A stretch of DNA of 64,000 nucleotides from Octopus vulgaris (GCA_951406725.2 OX597819.1:34720001-34784000); one strand, 5' to 3'; positions 1 to 14,764 are shown, counted from the stretch's first letter. Program-made: numbers and translations. The notes: a model not told the origin generated them from the sequence alone.

Positions 1-1027
1 GCCGTTCTATAATATGTTGGCCTGGTAGTTTCTTGTTAGTAGGCATTGACCTTGAGCTGCTATGATAAACCCTTCTGTTTCAGATTTTAAGCCAGGGGCC
101 ATTAGCCATTGATGGGTCAGGGCTTTGTCAATATCTGCATTATTCGCTCTCTTTGGGTATTTGCCATAGAGAGGTTTTTCTTGCCATTTATTATTCAGAA
201 TATCTAAGGCCGCAGTTTTGGCACGGGTTTTCATGCGCCTAGCTTTTTCTGTGCTCGTTTCTTGTATGTCTATCTCTAATTCCGAAATTTGTTGTATTCA
301 GAATTCACTTAGATATTCCTTTGCCTGTTTTGTTACTGAGTATGATGCTTTCTTGCTTTCATGTTTTGAGACAAGTTTTAACATCCAGTCCTCAGACTTT
401 TTCAGGTAGGTGTCTAGGCCAATTGTAGCAATCTTCATTGTTATTGCCAGTTGTAAAAGACCACGGCCTCCCTCTTTTCTTGGCAGATAAAGTCGTTCTG
501 TATCTGCCTTAGGGTGGTGCATTCTATGCATTGTCAACAGTTTTCGTATTTTTCTGTCGAGCTGACATATTTCAGTAATTGGACCAGTTAACGATATTGA
601 AACTGTAAGTCACGACTGGTATGGCTAATGCATTGATCGCTTCGATCCTGTTTCTTGCATTCAGCTCTGTCTTGAGTATTGCTCTCACTCTTCGATAACA
701 TTCTCTCCTGATCCTTTCCTTCATCTCTGGATGCCTTATTCCGTTCCCTTCAATTACCCCTAGGTACTTGTAGCTCTCCGCTGGGTCTAGTTCTTTTATG
801 GCATTCTGCTGGTCAAGATTAACGTTAGATGTTTCTGTCATTTTTCCTTTGATAAAGGTAGCTTTTGCACATTTATCGAGGCCGAATTGCATTCTGATGT
901 CGTCACTGAATTGTTTGACTATCGCTAGTAAGCCCTTGAGTTGTTGGTCATTTTTTGCAAAAAGCTTTAATTCATCCATGTAAATGAGATGATTTATATT
1001 TTTATCAAGCATTTTATACCCGTACTG

Positions 1028-1028
<1 letters not shown>
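1..1028 (-). mobile_element. R4/Dong-like RLE non-LTR retrotransposon fragment (RT C-terminal part), 5'-truncated at a (TAA)n array, frameshifted
   Basis: ORFs 572-1012, 298-537 and 7-234 give NHLIYMDELKLFAK (YMDD-like), FGLDKCA, YKYLG, RLYLPRKEGGRGL and GLKSETEGFIIAAQ, typical of R4/Dong RT. The element begins right next to (TAA)n at 1029. Confidence 0.85.
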
Positions 1029-1076
<48 letters not shown>

Positions 1077-1089
1077 CATCATTATTATT

Positions 1090-1645
1090 GAGTGAGAGAG
1101 CAGAGCATGCCATCAAAGTGACACTGGGGTAAAATATACGAAGCCCAGTAAACCCATCATGACTACCCGTCTGATAAAGATACACCAGGCGCATGCATCA
1201 CAACCATATGTGCGCGACATGGTGATCTCATATCAAGATAAACAGCGCATGACCTTGCAGGTGGGGCCCAGTTAGAATTTTCTTCGGGTCGAGTAGCCCA
1301 TCACACTCAAAAGGTCCCTGCATAAGGGTTGTTTAAGGATGTTGAACGAACCACCCATGTTTCCAAAGGTAAATTATCCAAACTCCAAAAGAATTCCTTT
1401 CAATACACGGCTACGATGCTCCCCCACTACTTCTGCTCGTGATCACAGATGCATATATCGTCAGCCACTAAGGAAGATGCTCAACTGGTTAAGGTGAAAC
1501 TGACAAGCAAATCTGTGGTATTGAGCAGAATATTTGCTGTAGCCCATCTTTTATACCAAGACAAAGCGATGTACATGATAACACTTCCAATCAGTTAAGA
1601 TCAGAAGCCATGAGAGCCACTGTCTGGTACTGCATCAGAGCATAT
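1090..1645 (-). mobile_element. ~560 bp non-coding repeat embedded in (TAA)n arrays (non-autonomous element or LINE 3' UTR)
   Basis: Near-identical copies at 4543-4722, 4760-5258 and, in reverse orientation, ~51752-52285. Every copy ends ...ctctc(t)cactc/ctaagtc followed by (AAT)n. Confidence 0.7.
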
Positions 1646-1654
1646 TAATATTAA

Positions 1655-1704
<50 letters not shown>

Positions 1705-1706
<2 letters not shown>

Positions 1707-2857
1707 GTTCAGTAGTTTTATTTTTATAGCGTGCTTTCACTTCACTACCGAGCGCAGCTCTGTGTGCCTTAGGTATGTGCTGTGATTTGTTGTGATGCTC
1801 TGATGGTTATTGTATGGAAAGTGTTCTGCGTAGGATGTGTGCAGTGCCTAGTAGTGCAATTTTCTGTATGTTATATGTGTTTGTAAGTCCTGGTGTTAGG
1901 TATTTGTCTGAATATTTTTTTATCATGCCTAATGCACCTACTATGATAGGAATTGTTTCTGTTTTTAGATTCCACATTCTGGTTACCTCTATTTCCAGGT
2001 CTTTGTATTTTGAAAGTTTCTCCATTTCTTTTAGAGACACGTTGTCATCTGCCGGTATTGATACATCAATTAGAAAGCATTTTTTTTCTTCATGATCTCT
2101 GACTACTATATCTGGTCTGTTGGCCTTAATTTCTCTGTCTGTGTGTATCGGCATATCCCAGAGTATAGTTGCTTTCTCGTTTTCTGTGACCTTTTCTGGT
2201 GTGTGCCTATACCATCTTTTTTCTGTTGTTATTCCATAATGTTGGCATAGCTTCCAGTGTATGCAGGTTCCAACTCTGTCATGTCTGTGAATATATTCCT
2301 TCTTAGCCAGGACTGGGCAGCCAGAGATAATATGATTTATTGTTTCTTGTCAATCTCCACATATTCTGCAGATACTTGTTATATTTCTTTTCATTACATG
2401 TTTTTGGTAATTTCTGGTGGGGAGGCTTTGGTCTTGTGCTGCAATTAAAAATCCCTCTGTCTCTGCTTTGAGTCCTGAGCTTCTCAACCATTGCTGGGAT
2501 TTTTCTTTGTCTATTTCTTTTGCGTTTAGTTTAGTCCAGTATTTACCATGAAGGGGCTTTCCTTGCCATCGTTTTATCATGGTTCGTTGCTGTTCTATTT
2601 TTAATTTGGATTTCATTTGTTTTATAGCTTTTGTTGTTTCTTCATCTTCTTCTTCTTCTTCATATTTATTAGGTGGTATGATTTCTTGTTTGTATTTGTC
2701 AGCTTCCTTAAATATTGAGAACAGTTTTTTTTGTTTTGATCGTGTTTTGCCGCTATTTGTATCAGTTTTCCTTCCTTCTGGAGTAGATATTTTTGCAGTC
2801 CTATGGTGGTTATTTTATAGTAGTTTTCCAGCTGTATAAGGCCTCTACCACCTTCTA
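1705..2857 (-). mobile_element. R4/Dong-like LINE 3' part: CCHC knuckle, RLE endonuclease, 3' UTR and (TAA)n tail
   Basis: EGGRGLIQLE; GLKAETEGFLIAAQDQSL; CRICG; ORF 1807-2154 with NRPDIVV..LIDVSIP..EKLSKYKDL (PD-(D/E)xK RLE). Flanked on both sides by (TAA)n. Confidence 0.9.
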
Positions 2858-2897
<40 letters not shown>

Positions 2898-2899
2898 TA

Positions 2900-3310
2900 T
2901 TCTTTTTATTCTTTTACTTGTTTCAGTCATTTGACTGTGGCCATGCTGGAGCACCGCCTTTAGTCGAGCAAATCGACCCAGGGACTTATTCTTTGTAAGC
3001 CCAGTACTTATTCTATTGGTCTCTTTTTGCCGAACCGCTAAGTGACGGGGACGTAAACACACCAGCATCGGTTGTCAAGCAATGCTAGAGGGACAGACAC
3101 AGACACACAAACATATACACACACATACATATATATATACATATATACGACAGGCTTCTTTCAGTTTCCGTCCACCAAATTCACTCACAAGGCATTGGTC
3201 GGCCCGGGGCTATAGCAGAAGACACTTGCTCAAGATGCCACGCAGTGGGACTGAACCCGGAACCATATGGTTGGTTAGCAAGCTACTTACCACACAGCCA
3301 CTCCTGCGCC
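2900..3310 (-). mobile_element. tRNA-derived SINE family A (~410 bp, internal microsatellite, GTAAAAGA-repeat tail)
   Basis: Head ggcgcaggagtggctgtgtggtaag (A box) and gggttcagtccc (B box). Highly similar copies recur seven times in the window. Confidence 0.85.
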
Positions 3311-3343
<33 letters not shown>

Positions 3344-3357
3344 CATCATTATTATTA

Positions 3358-4022
3358 TTTTCTACTCTAGGCACAAGGCTCGAAATTTTTTTTTGGGGGG
3401 GGGGGAGCCAGTGAATTAGATAGACCCCAGTACGCAACTGGTACTTAATTTATCGACCCCGAAAGGATGAAAGGCAAAGTCGACTTCGGTGGAAATATTA
3501 TTATTATTGGGGTTGGGGGGGGGGGGCAGAACCGTTTGCACGCCGGGCGAACTGCTTACCTGTATTTCATCTGCCGCTACGTTCTGAATTCAAATTCCGC
3601 CAAGGTCAACTTTGCCTTTCATTCTTTAGGGGTCAATAAATTAAGTACCAGTGAAACACTGAAGTCCATATAAACGACTAGTCCCTTCCCCCAAATTTCA
3701 GGCTTTGTGCCTATATTAGAAAGGACTATTATTATTATTATTATTATTATTATTATCTTATTATGAAAGGCAGCGAGCTAGCAGAATCGTTAGTACACCA
3801 GGTTAAATGCAGAGCAGTATTTCGTCCGTCTTTACGTTTTGAATTCAAATTCCGCCAAGGTCGACTTTGTTCTTCATCCTTTTGGGATCTATAAATTAAG
3901 TACCAGTGATATACTGAGGTCGCTGTAATCGACTAGTCTCCTATCCAAAATTTCAGGCCTTGTACCTTTTGTAGAAAGGATTGTTATTACTATTATTGTT
4001 GTTGTTATTACTATTATTGTTG

Positions 4023-4074
<52 letters not shown>

Positions 4075-4525
4075 TATTATTATTAAGGCGATGGGCCGGC
4101 AGAATCCTTAGCACACCGGGCAAAATGCGTAGCGGCATGTCGTCCGTTTTTACGTTCTGGGTGCATATTTTGCTGCGGTCGACTTAGCCTTTCATCATTT
4201 CAGGATGAATAAAATACGTACCAATCGAGCACTGAGGTCGAGGTGATCGATTTTCATCCCTGTCCCAAAATTGCTGGCATTGTGCCAAAATTTGAAAACA
4301 TTATTATCATTACTAAGGCAGCGAGCTGGCAGAATCGTTAGCACGCCGGGCAATATGCTTAACGGCATTTCAACTGTCTTTACATCCTGAGTTCAAATTC
4401 CACCAAGGTCGATTTTGCACTTCATTCTTTGGGGGTCGATAAAATAAGTACCTCTTGAGCGTTGGGGTCGATGTAATCGACTCATCCCCTCCCCCGAAAT
4501 TGCTGCCCTTGTGGAAAAATTTGAA
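3358..4525 (+). mobile_element. Cluster of SINE family B copies separated by (TAA)n
   Basis: Repeated aaggcggcgagctggcagaa...gttcaaattccgcc..ggtcgactttgcctttcatcctttcggggtcgataaa..aagtacc units. The first partial copy (3358-3493) is reversed. Confidence 0.8.
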
Positions 4526-4542
4526 CCCATCATTATTATTAT

Positions 4543-5257
4543 TGAGTGAAAGAGCAATGCATGCCATCAAAGTGACACTGAGGTAAAATATATAATGCCC
4601 AGTATACCCATCATGACTACCCGTCTGATAAGGGTACATCAGGCACATGCATCACAACTATATGTGCGTGACATGTTGATCTCATATCAAGATAAACAGC
4701 GCATGACCTTGCAGGTGGGGCCCTATTATTATTATTGTTGTTGTTGTTATTATTATTATTGAGTGAGAGAGCAACGCATGCCATCAAAGTGACACTGGAG
4801 TAAAATATACGAAGCCCAGCATACCCACCATGACTACCCGTCTGATAAGGGAACACCAGGCACATGTATCACAACCATATGTGCGCTACATGGTGATCTT
4901 ATAGCAAAATAAACAGCACGTGACTTACAGGTGGGGTCCAGTTAGAATTTTCTTCGGGTTTCTGAATAAGGGGTGTTTAAGGATGATGAACGAAATACAA
5001 TGTTTCCAGAGATGAATTATTCAAACCACAAAGAAATCCTTTCGGTGTATGGCTATGATGCCTCTCCCACACACCTACTTGTACTCGTGATCAGAGATGC
5101 ATATATTATCAGCCCTTAAGGGACATGACAAGCAAATCTGTGGTATTGAGCAGAATATTTGCTGTAACCCATCTTTTATACCAAGACAAAACATGTACAC
5201 AATAACACTTCCAATAAGTTAAGATCAGAAGCCATGAGAGCCAGTGCCTGGTACTGG

Positions 5258-5258
<1 letters not shown>
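4543..5258 (-). mobile_element. Two tandem copies (one truncated) of the (TAA)n-embedded 560 bp repeat
   Basis: Direct similarity to 1090-1645. Confidence 0.75.
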
Positions 5259-5299
<41 letters not shown>

Positions 5300-5311
5300 T
5301 GATACGCATTG

Positions 5312-5525
5312 AAGGCGGTGAGCTGGGAGAAACGTTAGCACGCTAGACGAAATACTTAGCGATATTTCGCCCGTCACTACGTTCTGAGATCAAATTCCGT
5401 CAGGGTCGACTTTGCCTTTCATCCTTTCGGGGTCGATAAACTAAGTACCAGTTACGCACTGGGGTCAATGTAGTTGGCTATCTCCCTCCCCAAATTTCAG
5501 GCCTTGTGCCTATAGTAGAAATGAT
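5312..5525 (+). mobile_element. SINE family B copy
   Basis: Same head, central domain and caggccttgtgcctatagtagaa tail as the other B copies. Confidence 0.8.
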
Positions 5526-5608
5526 TATTTGAGACACATTGTAACGCTTTCAAATGGGCAAAAATAGTAGCTGTCCTTCATCGCTATTTCCATAATATAC
5601 AAAACCCA

Positions 5609-5663
<55 letters not shown>

Positions 5664-5825
5664 ACGAGCATTCTTTTTTTCAATTTTTGTCTACCAAATC
5701 CGCTTACAAGGCTTTAGTCGTCCCGTGGCTATAATAGAAGACATTTGCTAAAGATGCCATAGAGTCGGACTGGATCCGGAACCATGTGGTTGGAAAGGAA
5801 AATTCTTACCGCACAACCACGCCTG

Positions 5826-6830
<1,005 letters not shown>

Positions 6831-6835
<5 letters not shown>

Positions 6836-7063
6836 TGCTTTCACCATGTGTACTTCGTAAACACCAGTCGTTTTTTTTTCTCCCTCTTGTTGCCCACTTT
6901 GGGATCTTTCTTTCCTCTCTCTTCCTTCTTTATGTTTCCGACGAAGAGCTCCGCTCGAAACGTCATACCTTCCTGCTTCCATCTTTCCTGAGCGCCTATT
7001 AATAATAATACTGTAATTGTTCCACGTGTTGTTGTTTTTTCTGTTTTCCCGTTTGGATTAAAA
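6831..7063 (+). mobile_element. Penelope-like pseudo-LTR-type insert in (TA)n with a degenerate hammerhead motif (6934-6968)
   Basis: gttt CCGACGA a gagc-tcc-gctc GAAA cg TC atac. Shares cctgagcgcc..ta(c)taata with the insert at 61261-61550. Confidence 0.55.
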
Positions 7064-7077
7064 TTATATATATATAC

Positions 7078-7166
<89 letters not shown>

Positions 7167-7271
7167 TATATACATATATATACATATATATATATATACA
7201 TATATATATATACATATATATACATATATATATACATATATATATATACATATATATACATATATATATAC

Positions 7272-7332
<61 letters not shown>

Positions 7333-7347
7333 TATATACATATATAC

Positions 7348-7408
<61 letters not shown>

Positions 7409-7459
7409 TATATACATATATATACATATATATACATATATATACATATATATATATAC

Positions 7460-7504
<45 letters not shown>

Positions 7505-7505
7505 T
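7064..7505. repeat. (TA)n/(TATACA)n microsatellite
   Basis: Direct reading. Confidence 0.95.
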
Positions 7506-8277
7506 ATGCATACATACATGCTCATACATATTTGAATATGTATATACATTCGAGTGTGTAGACGATGATAATTTTCTGTGCATGCACATAGTTATTCATT
7601 TCATTGATTATTAAAATTTATACACAACGTATTCTTTGACTAAAAAGAAAGAAAAGAAACATTCCATCTCTCCTTATTCTCTCTCCAACTAATCCAAACG
7701 CGCGCACACACACAGTCGAATTTCGACTCTTCTTTAATATATTCAGACTTAGAAAATATCTAGTTTTCGCCATCCTTAGTCTCTACCATAAACACCCTCG
7801 CTTTGTGTAACAAACCAACCAACCACCCTTGCGTACATTTTTCAACACATCAACATTATTCGCTACTATAAACACTAACACCTAAATATACTGGACTATG
7901 CCATTCTCTCTCTAAATTCTGAAAAGGAGGACGGTCAGTCTTAGAAGAAGCTACTTCGGTGGAATATCTCAGTGATAGATCTACTTCAATCTCTGTCTAT
8001 CATCCCATGATATTGGTTCGCGTTTAAAATACTTTTAGCTACATATCACAAATCGATTCTCAATAAAGTTAGTCAAGTGGATCCTCTTTAAGAGGAGATT
8101 CGGGATTGAACCGAATTATCTTGATTCGATTGTTTTTTTTTTCTTCCGTTTTTGTTGTTTTGTATTTTTCCCCATTCTTTTATATACACACAATAGCAGT
8201 GTGTGTGTGTGTGTATGTGCAAGTGTGAATGGGTATAGACAGAGAGACATAGATAATCTATAAACACACACACACAT

Positions 8278-8339
<62 letters not shown>

Positions 8340-8594
8340 TATATAACTTACTGTGAATAAAAGCCAGGGTGCGTTGCGTTCCGTTACTTAATAAGTGAAA
8401 AAATGTATAATAAATGCACAAACGAAAAACAGAACGCAGAATGGCAAGTTAAAAAACATATATTAAATGCACAGACGAACGGAGAACAGACACAAGGTCC
8501 CTAATTCCTCATCAGTTAATCAACCAGAGGATCTGACGCAATTTCGTGCTTTAACGATATATATATGTGTGTGTGTGTGTGTGTCTGTCTCTGT

Positions 8595-8659
<65 letters not shown>

Positions 8660-9099
8660 GAGAGAGAGAGAGGATGGGAGAATATTTGTGTTTGTATGTA
8701 TGTGCTGAATAAGTTTCTAGGGGAAAACATGAAGTCACAATTAACAACTGTATATCATAAATTTCACTCTATACCAGATTTGAGCCTTTCCATCAGTAAA
8801 TATTTGTTGCTATTTTCCATTTATAACCTTAATATATTGATACATACATATATGTGTGGCTCTGTGTGTGTGTGAGAGAGAGTGTGTGTGTGAGAGAGAG
8901 AGAGTGTGTGTGTGTGTGTGTGCGTACGCGCACGCTTCTATATGTGCGCGTCTGTGTGTGTATTTCTAAAAAGAAATCATCGAGATACCAGCCAGTATGG
9001 CCCTCATAGTGGCAGAAACAGCACCACTTTGACATTTTAAGTGCTCTGGGAGAGGGTCCCAAAACATGTCAAGCCACCACAACATACTACTGAAAAAGA

Positions 9100-10520
9100 C
9101 CATTCAACACTGGAGTCCCTGGAAAGCTACTACAGTAGATGTAATGTTTCTTGACAAACACAACTGAACAAGTCGTGAACGGTGTTAACTCAAGAATAGC
9201 AAACGTCATTAGGTTATCCTACAGCGTGTTGTGTTGTGCCCACTTCTGTTTATTATTTACCTAAGGGACATAGCAAATGCCACCAAAACTATTTAATTTT
9301 TTTTATCTTTGCAGATCACTCTAAGCCCGAGAAAGTCATCATGGGAGTGTATGACTAAAGAGAACTTTAATCTACTCTGTGCTCTGTGATTTGATGGGCA
9401 GAAAAGAAACCAGCATGCTGCTAAACGAGGGAAAATCTGAGCTCATCTATTTTGGACAAGAGGACATACTTAAACAGCCATATTCTCTTCCTTTAGGCGA
9501 GTTTCTCGCAGCCTCAAATAATATCAGAAAACTCAGGTAATTGTAGAAAACAACCTAAGCTGAAGCGCAGTACGCACATCAACAATAAAGTCGACACGAG
9601 CCGAAGAATGTGGTCGGAGATCCTTTTAGAGATTCCAGTGCCATCACCTTCTTCTCCTCTACGTTTTCTAGGTCTTATCTTGAAGACAGCTGCCCACTGT
9701 AATCCCTTATTACTGCGAGAAGTGCAGCACTCCAGAGACCGATCGCAAAAAAAGTGGGGTATAACAGGCTTAGGCTTGTCTTATAAAGCTCAAGCTATTC
9801 TAACCAACGCTGCCGTGAGCTCAACATAACTTCTACAATGTGGAAAACATTCCATCAACATTCACCAAATAACACCAGTATTCAATTCGCAAGTCACACA
9901 AGGTTACCCCTACTTCGTGCCATACGTCTTCTACAAAAATCGTGTTCACATTACATAACACTACGTAAGAACATTTTTGCTCCAACTGATACTGTTTTAT
10001 TCAAAACTAGCAGTATCGCCCGGCGTTGCTCGGGTTTGTAAGGGAAATAACTATATAAGCATTTTTAGAGATGTAAAGTATAATAGCCATCTGAATATGC
10101 TAACCACAAAGGGGGTGTGTTACTGTAGCTTTTTACGTTCTGAGATTTAATAATAAATTTTTAGAGAGTTACTTCCCATATATATGCCAAAAATGCATTA
10201 AAAATGGGAAAAATTGATGGTAAATTTTTTTTTAAATCGTAGACTCATCGTAGACACGCGCTAATGCCCAGAAGGGCTCGATATGAATCACGACTATAAG
10301 ATACCCGGTTTTGGTTAAACTGCACCGCAAAATGTGGGAGTAGTTAGGAATCTAAATCGTAGGAGACAGACAGCACACAACCTCACTTTTATTATAAAGA
10401 TTATACCGAAAAAAGATCAAAAGATTCAATAACATTCAAACGGCACTTGGACAAATTTCCTCCAAAAAATACCAGACAAACTGCTGACACCCGGATACTT
10501 CGGCAAATAGCAACTCCCAG
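9100..10520 (+). mobile_element. Degenerate CR1-group LINE (RT to 3' end), interrupted by a Helitron
   Basis: Broken translation GVPGKLLQ..FLT..VVNG..LCPLLFIIYLRD..FADHSK and C-terminal TFKRHLDKF/LQKIPDK. Confidence 0.65.
10007..10400 (-). mobile_element. Non-autonomous Helitron-like element
   Basis: Minus strand begins TC and ends with a GC hairpin (cccgagcaacgccggg) then CTAG. Inserted between A and T with no TSD. Near-identical copy at 46881-47269. Confidence 0.8.
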
Positions 10521-10899
10521 CTCGGCGGGTTCGATGTATAATAATAAAAATGTTTAATTTAATTATTTGCTCCACACTCATTGAACAAGCAAACTGCACA
10601 ATGTGGCTGCTCATGGATATAGAGTTCCACATAAAACACAGCCTTTAAATGTAGCAACTTTGTAGCTTAGTTACCATACTGATCAACATCTGGCTCCTCG
10701 CTGAATCTAACCAGAAGTGGTGTCATCAACTTCTCTTTTAATGGCACAAAGAAGTGGGCTGAGGGTGATTCCTGAACACACCTCCATACATTCTTGTGGT
10801 TGATAGACAAAATCTAGCAGTGACCAGTGGGGCGCTGAGCAGCAACAACACGAGTACCTGGAAATGGCTAATATGTATCTCACTAACGGAAACTCGCTA

Positions 10900-13560
10900 C
10901 ATGTATCTAACTAACGGAAATTCGAAAAATCGGCGATCTACATCACTGTGCGGTATAGCAGCGTGCTGTTAATACAGAAAGCATGCCACTTGGCAGAGAT
11001 AGGTTCTGATCATATGACATACTTTGAAATAACAAAGAAGCAAAAGTAAAAAAATACGGTACCAAAATAATGTGATGTGAATTGAACTATCGTAAAATAC
11101 TTACTCAAAAGTTTGAAACACGGATTGGGGTCATTTTTTCACCTTACCTCCAGCTCAAGATGGATGATATTTATTTATTTGTCAAAGAAAATATCAGCAA
11201 AATAACAGAAGAAACTGTCTGCTTGAAAGCACGAAAACAAATTACAGGCCTACCGTCAGAAATAGAGACAGTTTGTGAACAAAAACTAAAGACCAGAAGA
11301 GAACTGCTGAATGGCTCGTGATACTGTCATGGTCAAACAGAGAACTGAGTAAAACTGCTAAAATGGAAAGGAACAAAAATCTAGAGAACAAAATAAGACA
11401 ACTAGAAACTGACCTCAAGAATAATAAATGGTCACAAACTCTTCAAGTTAGTCTGTGAAATGGAGCAATAAAATGGAGCAATAAAAATCTACAGTAAAAT
11501 CAAAGATAACGATTATAACATACATACAAATACAGCCGAGGTACTTTAATGTTGGAAACATCATAGTCAACATCTTAACCCTAAATTCTTATATAATTCA
11601 GAAATAATATCAGAAATATTATCAAATACCGGATGGTCCATCTGAGACGTATGCTCATTCAGAAACAATTGCTTCTGTGTTAGGCACAAGACCATCAGTT
11701 TTGAGGGCGTGGGGTTGGTCAATTAAATCAACCCCTTTATCTGAGTGGTGCGTTATTTTATCGAGTTTACTTCGTTGGTTTTTGAACACAGAGCATTAAG
11801 ATCCGAAACAAATACTGCAAGGCATTTTGTCCAACGCTGTAATGACTCTGCCGATTCACCGCCCTTTTACTCAAAAATAAAAGAAATAGAAAAAGCAATA
11901 AAATGAATAAAACACGTAAAGCTCATTGATATTAATACCCTCGTTGTCGAATTAGTAAAAACAGTAGAGCATATGGTTAATATATTTCATGTAATATTTA
12001 ACATATGGAAAGCAGAAAAGACTCCAAAGGAAGTGACTTGCATGCTTGTAATTTCAACACATAAAAAGGGGCGATAAGCAAAAATTTGAAAACAGCTGAA
12101 TGATTTCTCACTTATTAAGTTTTCATTAGAATCCTCTTTGACAGAATGAATAATCCTTTCTTCTATAGACACAAGGCCTGAAATTTGGGAGAGGAGAAAG
12201 TCGATGACATCGACCCTAGTACTCAACTGATACTTAATTTATCGACCCCGAAAGGATGAAAGGCAAAGTCGACCTCGGCGAATTTGAACTCAGAACGTAG
12301 CGGCAGACGAAATACCTATTCTTTACTCAGTGCGTAACCTCGGATAAGGCAAAGTCGACCTCGGCGGAATTTGAACTCAGAACGTAGCGGCAGACGAAGT
12401 ACCTATTTCTTTACTACCCACAAGGGGCAAACACAGAGGAAACAAACAAGGACAGACAGATGGATTAAGTCGATTATATCGACCCCAGTGCGTAACTGGT
12501 ACTTAATTTATCGACCCCGAAAGGATGAAAGGCAAAGTCGACCTCGGCGGAATTTGAACTCAGAACGTAACAGCAGACGAAATACGGCTACGCATTTCGC
12601 CCGGCGTGCTAACGTACCTGCCAGCTCGCCGCCTTCGACAGAATGAATAATAAACCAAAGAAACGACAGGAGAGACTCAATTTTGTTTTAGACCTACTTG
12701 AGCTACAGTCGAAGTCATTTTTACAGTCATATACTTGAAAAACTCAAAGAACATCAAATGCACTTAAACTCCGTTGATGTTAAACCTGCCTTCGACATGA
12801 TCGGAAGGAAGGTTCTATGGAAGATGATAACAGTAATAATTGTAGACTCAAAAATAGCGGAAAGTATAGAGACATTATGTAGTTATACAAAGTGTGGCGA
12901 TGGTAACCAGACGAGTTGAGCTCTATACGCGTGGGTTTCAGGCACGTAAGTATGCATGCTTCTACCTACTGTTTCCAACATCTTCCTGGATTTTGTTACG
13001 AAAGAACTAGAAAACGTGGATCGTAAAAATATTTAAGTAACCGTCTTCATCTTAAATCAAGTTTGTGGCATGTGGTATACAGAAACAGTCGTCCTGAAAC
13101 AACACAAGAATTCACGTATGTATAAGGGTACTCCGCTCGCTTTCATAAGAAACACGCGAAAAATGGCTGATATTAAAGGAGAAGAAAGGAAAATGGAATA
13201 ATTTCCAAAACAGTTATTAAATTATATTATAAATCTAATGCTTTCCAAAGTGGTTACCTAAGAAAATGGTAAATAGTAAGCCAATCGGGCATACATTGAC
13301 TCAAGCATACCTGTTCATGTCAAGATGGAAAACAATATATTAGAACATGTAAAGAAAGCACACAAATACCGCGATAAGTAATTGTCTGATGCTGAAAGGC
13401 AGGAAGAAATGTCAGATGTATCGGTCAAACGACCTTCATTGCAGAGAATTAAAACAAAGAGGAAAATTTCAAGAGAAATTAATTCGTATTTGTTCACGCC
13501 GACCAGACAATATTAATACACTTCAAATGTATAACTCTATCGATGTAATACAGTGAGTTA
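10900..13560 (+). mobile_element. Highly degenerate RTE-type LINE relic interrupted by SINEs
   Basis: HILEKLKEHQ..VDVKPAFDMIGRKVLWK..KIAESIETL (RT domains 3-4) and later MENNILEHVKK...KISREI. Confidence 0.55.
12155..12635 (-). mobile_element. SINE family B tandem array
   Basis: Units joined at gacgaa(a/g)ta|cctatt. Flanked by a gacagaatgaataat direct repeat (TSD-like). Confidence 0.85.
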
Positions 13561-14764
13561 AAATTCTGGCACAAAACCAGCAGGAGTTAAGTCGATTACA
13601 TTGATTCCAGTGCTCAAAGAGTGTTTGTTTTATCGACCCCGAAACGATGAAAGAATTTGAACCCAGAACGTAAAGACGGATGAAATGCCGCAAAGCATTT
13701 TGCCCGGCGTAGTAACGATTCTGCCAGCTTGCGACATTATACCTGTGTAATATGCTGAATATCTACATGCATACAAGCATGGCTGTGTGGCTAAGAAGTT
13801 CGCTTTGCAACAACGTGGTTTTGGGTCCAATCTCACAATGCCTTGTGAATGAATTTGAGAGACGGAAACTGTGTTGAAGCCTGTAGTATATACATATATA
13901 TTTATATATAGTTCAATTCTCCAATAGAAAATGTATCAGAGTGTTTAAATACACAAACAATTAGCTATCATAGACTCGGATGCAAGGTGTTTAAATACTC
14001 CCCTCCAACAAAAATTTTTGGCGGTGGGCGGAAAGGCGCAATGAAAACGCTTTGAATATCCTGATTAGAAGTGAGTTTGCACCTCCCGAGCAAATTTCGT
14101 TCTCACGCTTATGCTAAGCGTAACTTTAAAAATTCAGTACTGAAACAATATATGAATTACAAAAAAGCTTTTTTACTTAATCGTTAACCAATTCACATCG
14201 TAAAAAATTCATGGAGTAATATTATATGATATTTAAAAGGATTTATTTAAATAACTATTGTAGATGTGTTGCTATCATAGCTATTTATAAAATAAATATC
14301 TATCATTTCATCTGCAAGTAAAATCTAAATAAATGTTTAAAATGAAGAAAAATATATCGTTCGTCATCACACGTGTAATAGATTTCAATTATTAATAAAA
14401 TGTAAGATTTATTTCATAGCTATTTATTATGGAAGCATATCTACAACAATTATTTAAAAATAAATCCTTTTAAATATTATAGTTTTATATGTGTATGTGT
14501 ATATGCGCGAGCGTACGTGTGTGTGAGTGTGCGTGCGCGCCTTTGCATTTTTCTCTCACCACCGCTTAATAATGGGTATTATTGTGTTTACGTCCTCGTA
14601 ACTTAGCGGTTCAGCAAAAAGACCGATAGAATGAGAAGAAGATTTAAAAAGAAAAAAGAACTTATATCCTCGAGTCGGTTGGTTCAACTAAACTTTCCAA
14701 GACGGTGTCTCAGCACGGCTGCAATCCAGTGATTGAAATAAGTAAAATATAAAGTTACATGTTA

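Noticed and set aside
12371-12646. Recurring ORF RNWYLIYRPRKDERQSRPRRNLNSER
   Set aside because: Antisense translation of SINE family B.
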